From Gammaproteobacteria bacterium (GTDB taxonomy: Bacteria; Pseudomonadota; Gammaproteobacteria; Pseudomonadales; Pseudohongiellaceae): DNA of 26,161 bases. Below the pieces are notes generated by a model, which saw nothing but the letters and a program-made list of their open reading frames with translations, was not told the DNA's origin and did no database searches. Below are positions 8,041 to 15,847 of the stretch, one piece after another. The position numbers and the translations under genes are program-made. The stretch's first letter is position 1; each line of letters opens with the position of its first letter. The DNA lies in NCBI GenBank assembly GCA_947377625.1, contig CANCGR010000001.1, positions 1 through 26,161 on the forward strand, read 5' to 3'.

Positions 8041-9756
8041 TCAATAAGAGTAGTGAATCCGCAAATCCAGCACCGAAGCCTTCGCCAATTTACCGTCTAC
8101 TACCCAAGGGCGCATCGGCTGGTTGTGCAGATAGTTCAATAGCAGTTGGCGCAAACGCCGGGATGTATTGGGCGTGCTGTCGATGATGTGCATGGCTTTC
8201 ACCATGCCACTTTGCGTGAGGGTCAAGCGCAGGTCGACATGGCCGTCGTGCTGCAACGTGCCGTCAGTAATGCTCCCGAACTTTTGTTTACTGTAGGGAT
8301 GCACTGCAAAAGCGGGCACTGGCACCAGCGGCGCAGGATTGAATAATTGCGTTATTTCAGTTGGTGCAAGACCCGCGCCTGCCAATATTTGTAACGCTTG
8401 CTCATAGGCTTCATTGCTTTCTCTGGGGTGATTGAAATACAGATGCCAGTCGCCCAGATTGATGTAAGCCATGGCGGCATCCACGGAGTCACTGCCAGCC
8501 TCTTGCCTAAAACGGTCGGCGATGGCTTGCAAGCTGTCGCGGCTTCGGGCGTAAGCCGTTTGTACTACCGGGTTGTTATGCTGCGGAAACACGAGCAGTT
8601 GGTAGAACAGATTGTCATCTGAATCGGCGGGTTCGTCTGCATTGACCAGTGGGTTCGACTCAAAGCCGGACTCGGGTTCAATGGCATCCAATTGCCGTTT
8701 GACTGCAATGCCGACGTTGGCCAGCTTGTATTCCAGACTCAGGTCGTGAAGTTTGTGAAAGTCGCTGTTGGGGTTTGCGATCACGTTCTGGTAGATGTCG
8801 CGGGCGCTGCGCAGACGCTCGTCCACCATTGCTTCAGGAGGCACCTCAAACGCAGGCTTGTGCGCATAAAAATCGCTCACTATGTCGCTGATAAAGGCAG
8901 CATCGGGCTCAAGCATGGCGGGCAACTGCGAGCGCGGCACATAGATATAGCGACCAGTGGTGTGATCAAGGATGAGGGCATAATCAGGACGCAGCCAAGG
9001 CAGCTTGCCAGATGCCTCAACCAAGTTGTGGCTGGATGACGCCGTGGTGCTTTCGCTGAAGTAGTACAGCACATTCCAGTCTGCCAATTCTTCCTGGGCA
9101 GCCAGCAAATTGCTGCTATTCGGCGCATAGTTGCGTTTCTGCACCAGATACAAATATTCATGACGTCGTGCTGCTTCTTGCCAGTTGGCGCGTGCCACAT
9201 AGCTGGCAATGATATTTCTCACCAACGGGATTTGTTGTGGTGTGAAAAGACCATTGTTGACCCGGTCAATGTGCAGCGCACTTTCAAAGGCCGTCACCGC
9301 CCTTTCATGTTCGCCGGCCTTTTGCAACGCAAGGCCAAGACTTTCATATTGTTCACGCAGAGGAATTGAAAAAGGCCCTGACTGCGCCAGTATCTGATCA
9401 ATACTGGTCTGATAGTGGTCAATGTCAGAACCGCTCTGGCTGCTTTTTGGAAGAGAAGATGCGAGCGTATTGGCTGGCGCGGAAGCGACTGATTCCGACT
9501 TGGTTGGCTGTTGCCTGCGCTCGGCGGGTGCTGCAGAAGCGGAATCAAGCAGTGTTACTTCAAAAGTCAGCTGGCTGTAATCTGGGGACTCGGTCTTTAA
9601 CGCTGTTGGCTCGGCCAGCACGCTTGGTGGAGACAGCAAGGCACAACAGAGCAACGCTAAAAGCGGGCTCGTGCGCTGTTTGATGAACCCAAGCTTGCCA
9701 GTGGTCCATCCGGCGGTGCGAAAACCTTTGGCAGAATGTTCAGGAAGCAAAATCAA
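8041..9756 (-). CDS. Exported hypothetical protein with TPR-like helical repeats and a C-terminal TonB_C-like domain
   Basis: 571-aa ORF. TTG start with SD AGGAGA upstream. Signal-like segment PLLALLCCALLSPPSVLA. TPR-like segments YESLGLALQKAGEHERAVTAFESAL and AYINLGDWHLYFNHPRESNEAYEQALQIL. The C-terminus GHVDLRLTLTQSGMVKAMHIIDS...MRPWVVDGK...LRIHYSY resembles TonB_C. Confidence 0.75.
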   Translation of the reverse strand: MILLPEHSAKGFRTAGWTTGKLGFIKQRTSPLLALLCCALLSPPSVLAEPTALKTESPDYSQLTFEVTLLDSASAAPAERRQQPTKSESVASAPANTLASSLPKSSQSGSDIDHYQTSIDQILAQSGPFSIPLREQYESLGLALQKAGEHERAVTAFESALHIDRVNNGLFTPQQIPLVRNIIASYVARANWQEAARRHEYLYLVQKRNYAPNSSNLLAAQEELADWNVLYYFSESTTASSSHNLVEASGKLPWLRPDYALILDHTTGRYIYVPRSQLPAMLEPDAAFISDIVSDFYAHKPAFEVPPEAMVDERLRSARDIYQNVIANPNSDFHKLHDLSLEYKLANVGIAVKRQLDAIEPESGFESNPLVNADEPADSDDNLFYQLLVFPQHNNPVVQTAYARSRDSLQAIADRFRQEAGSDSVDAAMAYINLGDWHLYFNHPRESNEAYEQALQILAGAGLAPTEITQLFNPAPLVPVPAFAVHPYSKQKFGSITDGTLQHDGHVDLRLTLTQSGMVKAMHIIDSTPNTSRRLRQLLLNYLHNQPMRPWVVDGKLAKASVLDLRIHYSY

Positions 9757-9818
9757 AGAGCTCTCCTACCATCCGTTGCGCTAATGTGTATCTAATGAGG
9801 AATCAAAGAGCTGCTGGT

Positions 9819-9847
9819 TTTACTGCCTACTTTGTCCCAAATATAAT
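9819..9847 (+). promoter_or_regulatory. Putative sigma70 promoter for the DUF1592 operon
   Basis: TTTACT (9819-9824), 17-bp spacer, perfect TATAAT (9842-9847). Implies a TSS near 9854 and a ~200-nt leader. Confidence 0.6.
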
Positions 9848-9920
9848 CTTCCGTATAAGCAAGAAAATTAGCCTGAATTACACCTTTTTTCTATCACAAT
9901 CATTCATTACTTTGGGCTGC

Positions 9921-10042
9921 CCGGCAACAAGGCGCAATGTGTCTTTGCCGGATCGTCAAAGTAGCTTGGCTCCCGACGAGCAAGCCACTCAAGCTTTGAG
10001 GGGTTATCGTCCGGATAGTGCAAACTCGTGAAAAAGTTTGCA
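9921..10042 (+). promoter_or_regulatory. Structured 5' leader (consecutive hairpins) ending at the RBS of the DUF1592 gene
   Basis: Hairpins at 9921-9951, 9960-9989, 9988-10000 and 10019-10042 (TGCAAACT-N8-AGTTTGCA, abutting GGAG at 10043). No known riboswitch was recognised. Confidence 0.45.
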
Positions 10043-10052
10043 GGAGAGCTTC

Positions 10053-12515
10053 ATGTCGCATTTCAAATTCAAATTTTCGGTAATGACTCGCGCAATACTG
10101 GCGGCAGTTGTCACTGGCTCCCTGCTTATCGGACAGAATGTATCTGCCGCTGATGATAATTTGTTGCAAGAGTATTGCACCAAGTGTCACAACTCCGATG
10201 ACTATGCCGGCAGCATTGATCTTGAAGGCGTCGATGCCGCGAACATTCACAAGAGCGCCGAGGTCGGTGAAAAAGTAATTCGCCGCTTGCGCGCGGGCAT
10301 GATGCCGCCGGTCGGCGAGAAGCGTCCTGACAACGCCACCATGCAGCAGTTTGCGTCCAGGTTGGAACACGACATTGACGCCCACGCCGTGATCAAGGCT
10401 GGTCGCCCCGGACTGCATCGCTTGAACCGCACTGAATATGGCAACGCGATTCGTGATTTGCTGAAAGTCGATATCAATGCCGCAGATTTTTTCCCGGCTG
10501 ACGATTCCAGTCGTGGCTTCGACAATCAGGCCGGCACACTCTCGCTGTCACCGGCACTGTTGGAGTCTTATCTGAGTGCCTCTGCCAAAATCAGCAAACT
10601 CGCGCTCGGCACCGATACAACGCCGAGCCAGAAACTTTATCGCGTGGCCGAAGATGCCAACCAGAACTATCGCATTGAAGGTCTGCCATTCGGCACGCGT
10701 GGTGGCATCAAGTTTGTTCACAATTTCCCGGCTGATGGTGAATACACGTTCAAGAATTTTGCGATTACTCTCGGCAACATGGGCAGTGATCGTCCCTTTG
10801 GTGAAATCCGTGGTGAAAAACTGCAACTGCTGGTCGACGGCGAGATCAGAAAAGTTTTTGATTGGGACAAAGAGCTTGGCCTTAATCGTAATTCGTTCGA
10901 GCGCTCTGATGATGATATCGGGTCGGCGCTTCCCACGCTGGATGTCACGCTGCCGATAGCCGCAGGCGAGCATGAAATCGGCATGACGTTTTTGGCGACC
11001 AACTTTGCACCCGGCCTCGACATGAACAACGATTTCGAACGCAGCACGATAGAAACCGGCGGTCTGCCTGGCTTTACGTGGTTCCCGCATTTGGGTTCAG
11101 TGCGTGTTGACGGACCTTACAAGGTGAGCGGTACCGGCAATCCCCCCAGTCGCCAGTCGGTGATGGTGTGCGCACCTGCCAACAACGATGAAGAGCAAAG
11201 CTGCGCACGTCGCATCATTTCGCGTTTGGCGGATATCGCCTATCGCGGTTACAGCACCAACGAAGACGTTGACAGCCTGATGGGTTTCTACAGTCAGGGG
11301 CGTGTCACCGGTAATTTTGATGCCGGTATAGAAATGGCGATGCAGCGCATGCTGTCTTCACCGAAATTCATTTATCGCGTCGAGCGTGAGCCGGCCAATG
11401 TGGCAGTGGGTGAAGATTACCGCATCAGCGATCTCGATCTGGCCTCCCGACTTTCATTCTTCTTGTGGAGCAGTTTGCCGGACCAGGAATTGCTGGCACT
11501 CGCCAAAGGCGGCAAATTGAGCGACAGCAAAGTGCTAAGCGCACAAGTGTCGCGCATGTTGGAAGATCCGCGTTCGTCGGCAATGACCGCCAACTTTGCC
11601 GGCCAATGGTTGGCACTGCGCAACCTGTCAACGCAGGTGCCCGTGGTCGACCAGTTCCCGGATTTCGATAATCTGCTGCGTGAATCTTTCCGCAAGGAAA
11701 CCGAGTTGTTGTTTGACAGTTTGATTCGCGAAAACCGTCCGGTCACCGACTTGCTGACCGCCGATTACACCTTCGTCAACGAAAGACTGGCGCTGCACTA
11801 CGGCATCCCCGGCATCAAGGGCGAGCGTTTCCGTCGCGTGAAACTCGACGGCAATCTTGCGCTGCGTCGCGGCATTCTCGGCAAAGGTTCAACGCTGACG
11901 GTGGCCGCTCAACCAGGGCGTACTTCACCGGTGATGCGCGGCTATTGGACACTGGCCAATGTGATCGGGGTAGAGCCACCGCCACCGCCGCCGAATGTGC
12001 CGGCACTGGAAGCGAAAAAAGCCGACGCGGCCGGCAACGGCAAAGTGCCGTCGATGCGTGAGCGCATGGAAGAGCATCGCCAGAATCCTGCGTGCCAAGG
12101 CTGTCACCGCATGATGGACCCGATTGGATTTGCGCTGGAAAATTTCGACGCGGTTGGCAAATTCCGTATTACTGACGCCGGTAGCGCCATTGATACCACC
12201 GGCACGATCTATGACGGCACTGTGGTGAAGACAGCCGCTGATCTGCCCAGGTTCCTGCTCAACCACGAACAGAGCTATTTGCGTAACGTGACACAACGCA
12301 TGCTGACTTACGCACTCGGGCGCGGCATGGAATCGGCAGACATGCCGTTGGTGCGACAAGTGCAGGCACAGGCAGCAAAAGGCGGCTTCCGTTTTCATGA
12401 GCTGGTGACAGCAGTGGTCAACAGCAAGGCTTTTGCAAATAACACCAAAGAGCCTGACGCAACTTCACAATCTGCAACTGCCGCACCTGCTGTTGCCAGT
12501 ACCGGAGGTTTGTAA
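10053..12515 (+). CDS. DUF1592-family protein (PSD/PSCyt-type DUF1587/1592/1588/1595/1585 architecture) with two heme c-binding motifs, exported, ~820 aa
   Basis: CTKCH (10176-10190) and CQGCH (12093-12107). Family motifs LRAGMMPP, LHRLNRTEY.NAIRDLL, SPKFIYR, LASRLSFFLWSSLPD, RTSPVMRG, MDPIGFALENFDAVG and LTYALGRG. SD GGAG before ATG 10053. Sec-type signal ending in NVSA. Confidence 0.9.
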   Translation: MSHFKFKFSVMTRAILAAVVTGSLLIGQNVSAADDNLLQEYCTKCHNSDDYAGSIDLEGVDAANIHKSAEVGEKVIRRLRAGMMPPVGEKRPDNATMQQFASRLEHDIDAHAVIKAGRPGLHRLNRTEYGNAIRDLLKVDINAADFFPADDSSRGFDNQAGTLSLSPALLESYLSASAKISKLALGTDTTPSQKLYRVAEDANQNYRIEGLPFGTRGGIKFVHNFPADGEYTFKNFAITLGNMGSDRPFGEIRGEKLQLLVDGEIRKVFDWDKELGLNRNSFERSDDDIGSALPTLDVTLPIAAGEHEIGMTFLATNFAPGLDMNNDFERSTIETGGLPGFTWFPHLGSVRVDGPYKVSGTGNPPSRQSVMVCAPANNDEEQSCARRIISRLADIAYRGYSTNEDVDSLMGFYSQGRVTGNFDAGIEMAMQRMLSSPKFIYRVEREPANVAVGEDYRISDLDLASRLSFFLWSSLPDQELLALAKGGKLSDSKVLSAQVSRMLEDPRSSAMTANFAGQWLALRNLSTQVPVVDQFPDFDNLLRESFRKETELLFDSLIRENRPVTDLLTADYTFVNERLALHYGIPGIKGERFRRVKLDGNLALRRGILGKGSTLTVAAQPGRTSPVMRGYWTLANVIGVEPPPPPPNVPALEAKKADAAGNGKVPSMRERMEEHRQNPACQGCHRMMDPIGFALENFDAVGKFRITDAGSAIDTTGTIYDGTVVKTAADLPRFLLNHEQSYLRNVTQRMLTYALGRGMESADMPLVRQVQAQAAKGGFRFHELVTAVVNSKAFANNTKEPDATSQSATAAPAVASTGGL

Positions 12516-12518
12516 GCC

Positions 12519-13862
12519 ATGTTCGTTACCAAAAAATCCCTGCCACGACGCACCTTTCTGCGAGGCGCAGGCACTGCACTGGCGTTGCCGTTACTGGAAT
12601 CCATGTTCCCGGCGTTCATCACCAAGAGTCAGGCCGCCGATCTCAAGCCGACCCGTTTCACTGGTGTATTTATTCCGCACGGTGCAGCACCGGGTCATTG
12701 GGAACCCAAGAGCTCCGAGAAAAATTTTGAATTTCCGTTTATCTGGAAACCGCTTGAACATTTGCGCGAGCAAGTTGTACTTACTACCGGCATGTGGTCG
12801 CAGTCGGCAGAAAATCCACCGGGGGTAACCGGCGCCGACCATTTCGTGGCCTCGGCCTTTCTTGCCGGCGTGAAGCCGAAGAAAACCACTGGCGCCGATG
12901 TGCAGGTGGCTACCTCGCTCGACCAGATTCTTGCGCAGCATATCGGTCAGACCAACTTGCTGCCTTCGTTGCAACTGGCAGTGGAAGATCCCGGCTCCAA
13001 CTCCACCAACTGCGGTGAGGGCTATAGCTGCATCTACACCAATACTATTTCATGGTCGACACCCACGCGCCCGCTGCCGATGGAAATCAATCCGCAGGTG
13101 GTATTCGAAAAAATGTTTGGCAGTGGCGGCACGCCGGAAGAACGCGCACTGCGCCGCAAACAACAAAACAGCATTCTGGATTCAGTCACACAGGATCTGG
13201 CCAAGCTTGGTCAGCAAGTGGGTAACGCGGATCGCTTGCGCATTGATCAATATGCCGAAGACGTGCGTGAGATTGAGCGTCGCATGCAGATTGCGATGAC
13301 AAAATCCACGCAAGTGCCCAGCTTCGATGTGCCCTACGGTGTGCCTGAGTCCTTTGATGCGCACGTCAAGTTGCAGTTTGATTTGCTGACGCTGGCGTTC
13401 CAGGCCGACATCACGCGTGTGGCCACACTGTTGATGGCGCGCGATCTCACCGGGCGCACTTATCCTAAATCCGGCACTGATATCAGCTTCCACGGTGGCT
13501 CCCATCACGCTGAAGATCCTGGCCGCATTGCCCAGTACGCGGTGCTCAACCGGTATCACGCCAGCATGGTGGCGTATTTTGCCGACAAGCTGAAATCCGT
13601 GCAGGAAGGCGAACACACGCTGCTCGACAACTCCGTTACGTTGTACGGTTCCAACATGGGCAACTCCAATCAGCATCAGCATTTCGATGTGCCGATGATT
13701 CTGGTAGGCGGCGCTGGTGGCAAACTGAAAGGTGACAAACATCTGGCATTCAAAAACAAGACAGTGCCCACCAGCAATATGTTGCTGAGTGTGCTCGACA
13801 TGTTCGATGTGCATCAGGACAGCTTCGGCGATTCCACTGGTCGCTTGCCCGGATTGGTATGA
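12519..13862 (+). CDS. DUF1552 (HXXSHH) family protein, Tat-like signal
   Basis: N-terminus SLPRRTFLRGAGTALALPLLESM. Motifs SLDQ, LPSLQLAVE, CGEGYSCIYTNTISW, PLPMEINPQVVFEKMFG, FQADITRVAT, HGGSHH (13491-13508) and YGSNMGNSNQH. Starts 3 bp after the DUF1592 stop, with SD GGAGG. Confidence 0.92.
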   Translation: MFVTKKSLPRRTFLRGAGTALALPLLESMFPAFITKSQAADLKPTRFTGVFIPHGAAPGHWEPKSSEKNFEFPFIWKPLEHLREQVVLTTGMWSQSAENPPGVTGADHFVASAFLAGVKPKKTTGADVQVATSLDQILAQHIGQTNLLPSLQLAVEDPGSNSTNCGEGYSCIYTNTISWSTPTRPLPMEINPQVVFEKMFGSGGTPEERALRRKQQNSILDSVTQDLAKLGQQVGNADRLRIDQYAEDVREIERRMQIAMTKSTQVPSFDVPYGVPESFDAHVKLQFDLLTLAFQADITRVATLLMARDLTGRTYPKSGTDISFHGGSHHAEDPGRIAQYAVLNRYHASMVAYFADKLKSVQEGEHTLLDNSVTLYGSNMGNSNQHQHFDVPMILVGGAGGKLKGDKHLAFKNKTVPTSNMLLSVLDMFDVHQDSFGDSTGRLPGLV

Positions 13863-13899
13863 GCGCAAAGCAATTGCTGGACAAGAGGGAGGAATACAC

Positions 13900-15708
13900 A
13901 TGAAGCTGAAACAACTCGTGGTGACTGCATCGGTAGTGGCTGCCCTGTGTGTCAGCCCGCTGCTGCTGGCGATGTCGGAACTGACCTCCGCCATCCAGAA
14001 AGGCGATCTTGCCTCCGTGCGCAATCTGCTGCGCAACAAGACTGATGTAAATGCACATGAGCGTGACGGCACGACGCCGCTGCAATGGGCGGTGTACGAT
14101 GAAAATTTGCAGATCGTTGAAGCGCTGATCAAAGCCGGCGTGGATGTGAATGCCGCCAACCGTGAAGGCATGCTGCCGCTGGCACTGGCTGCAGAAACCG
14201 GCAATGCTGAAATTGTGAAGCTGCTGATTGAAGCTGGTGCCAATGTAAACAACACGCTGTCCAACGGTGAAACCCCGTTAATGATGGCCGCGCGCACAGG
14301 CAATACTGCTGCCATCCAGTTGCTGCTGCAACATGGCGCCAATATCAACGCAGTGGAAAAATTGCGCGGCACCACTGCGCTGATGTGGGCAGCTGCCAAT
14401 CGCAATGCGCCGGCGGTCAGAGCGCTGCTGAAAAGCGGCGCCGACTTCAAACTCAACGCCAGCAGCACCAATGAAGGTCGTAACAATCCTTATCTGGCTC
14501 CTACGGCGCGTGAGCGTCTGCGTGAGTACTACCAGCATAGCGGCATCAGCAAAGCACTTGAGAAACCCAAGGAGTTGCAGAGCAAAGACGAGAAATCGGC
14601 CGAGCTGGTCCAGACTGAATTGGTGAAACTTCTGCCGCCTGACCTTATTCGTGACTTCATGGAAGAAGAGGCCAACAAGATTGCCGGCAGAACCAACAAT
14701 GGCGCCAAACAGCAGGAAGATTTTTTGAATATGCCGTCCGAGCGCAAGCCTGGGCAGAAGATGAAGCGCGGTGGTTTGACCGCGCTGCATTTCGCCGTGC
14801 GTGAAAATGATCCTGACTCAGTGGCTGCGCTGATAGAAGCCGGTGCCGATGTGAACCAGGTGAGTGAATACGGCTGGACGCCATTGCTGACTGCCACCCA
14901 GAACCGGTTCTATCTACTCGGCAAATACCTGCTCGAACACGGCGCCAATCCGAACATCGCCACCGAAGGCGGCTGGAACCCGCTCTACATCGCCACCGAC
15001 AATCGCAACATCGAAGGCGGCGACTACCCTACCCGCAAGCCCGACATGGATCATCTGGAATACATCAAGCTGCTGCTGCAAGCCGGTGCCGATCCCAACC
15101 TCCGCATGGCCTCCAGCACCGAGACCCGTACCATCTTTACGCATCAGTGGCTGGATGAAGAAGGCGCTACACCATTCCTGCGCGCAGCGCAGTCCAGTGA
15201 TGTGGAGTTGATGAAGCTTTTGCTGCTGTACAAGGCTGATCCCGCAATCGCCACCAACAACGGTGTCACCCCTTTGATGGTGGCCGCCGGCATCGCCTGG
15301 GTGGAAGGGGTCACTTTCGAATGGTCGGTGGATGCCAACAAGGAAGCCATCAAAATGTTGTTGGCACTCGGCAATAAAGTGAATGAGCAGGATATTGAAG
15401 ACCATCGCACTGCGCTGATGGGGGCGGCCCATAAAGGCCGTGCTTATGCAGTGCAAATGTTGGTGGACGCCGGTGGCGACCTGGCCTTGCACGACATTGG
15501 CAGCCGCGACTCACTCAATAAACTGACGGGTGCCACCTGGCGACCGATTGATTATGCGGATGGGCTGGTGCGTGTTGGCGTGCAGTCGGCAGAAGCGCAC
15601 CCTGAGGCATCCAGGCTGATACGCAAGTTGATGCTGGCCAAGGGCATGGAAGTGCCGCCTGAAGGCCGTACGCTCGAGTCAATTTGCGTGGTGGCCCTGT
15701 GTAAATGA
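13900..15708 (+). CDS. Exported ankyrin-repeat protein, ~602 aa
   Basis: About 10 ankyrin repeats (GTTPLQWA, GMLPLALA, GETPLMMA, GTTALMWA, GLTALHFA, GWTPLLTA, GWNPLYIA, GATPFLRA, GVTPLMVA, HRTALMGA). SD GGAGGA before ATG 13900. Signal peptide MKLKQLVVTASVVAALCVSPLLLA. Confidence 0.93.
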   Translation: MKLKQLVVTASVVAALCVSPLLLAMSELTSAIQKGDLASVRNLLRNKTDVNAHERDGTTPLQWAVYDENLQIVEALIKAGVDVNAANREGMLPLALAAETGNAEIVKLLIEAGANVNNTLSNGETPLMMAARTGNTAAIQLLLQHGANINAVEKLRGTTALMWAAANRNAPAVRALLKSGADFKLNASSTNEGRNNPYLAPTARERLREYYQHSGISKALEKPKELQSKDEKSAELVQTELVKLLPPDLIRDFMEEEANKIAGRTNNGAKQQEDFLNMPSERKPGQKMKRGGLTALHFAVRENDPDSVAALIEAGADVNQVSEYGWTPLLTATQNRFYLLGKYLLEHGANPNIATEGGWNPLYIATDNRNIEGGDYPTRKPDMDHLEYIKLLLQAGADPNLRMASSTETRTIFTHQWLDEEGATPFLRAAQSSDVELMKLLLLYKADPAIATNNGVTPLMVAAGIAWVEGVTFEWSVDANKEAIKMLLALGNKVNEQDIEDHRTALMGAAHKGRAYAVQMLVDAGGDLALHDIGSRDSLNKLTGATWRPIDYADGLVRVGVQSAEAHPEASRLIRKLMLAKGMEVPPEGRTLESICVVALCK

Positions 15709-15812
15709 AATTTGGGGTCAGAGTAAAATTTCCGTTCTATAGATTTGTGGCGTGCAATAATCACTGAGGAAATTCGACTCTGACACCTATTTCCTTGCTG
15801 ACACCAATTTCC
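15707..15812. repeat. REP-like inverted doublet (REPIN-like) plus a partial third copy
   Basis: 15707-15733 GAAATTTGGGGTCAGAGTAAAATTTCC resembles the reverse complement of 15768-15794 (GGAAATAGGTGTCAGAGTCGAATTTCC). CTGACACC(T/A)ATTTCC is directly repeated at 15780-15794 and 15798-15812. Confidence 0.6.
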
Positions 15813-15847
15813 GATTTATAAAACCAGACAACAAACATGGGGGCCCT

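Noticed and set aside
6419-8044. 541-aa minus-strand ORF antisense to iorB, plus similar long shadow ORFs (5091-5774, 13182-14486, 1339-2001, 19922-20629, 20684-21481, 23856-24479, 24569-25210)
   Set aside because: They lie opposite well-supported genes, carry no recognisable motifs and are the expected by-product of codon bias in GC-rich coding DNA.
9921-10052. Glycine riboswitch (AGGCGCAA and GGAGAG fragments present)
   Set aside because: The fragments are in the wrong order and the CCGAAG and CUCUCAGG elements are absent.
13789-13899. Extended N-termini in the ORF track (ankyrin 13789, oxidase 1264, DUF1592 10038, ftrA 18727, rhodanese 18652, DUF5916 21883)
   Set aside because: Downstream ATGs have better SD sequences or match family N-termini, and several extensions overlap neighbouring genes or promoters.
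15707-15812. Mini CRISPR array
   Set aside because: The units are inverted rather than direct, few and degenerate, and there are no cas genes or regular spacers.
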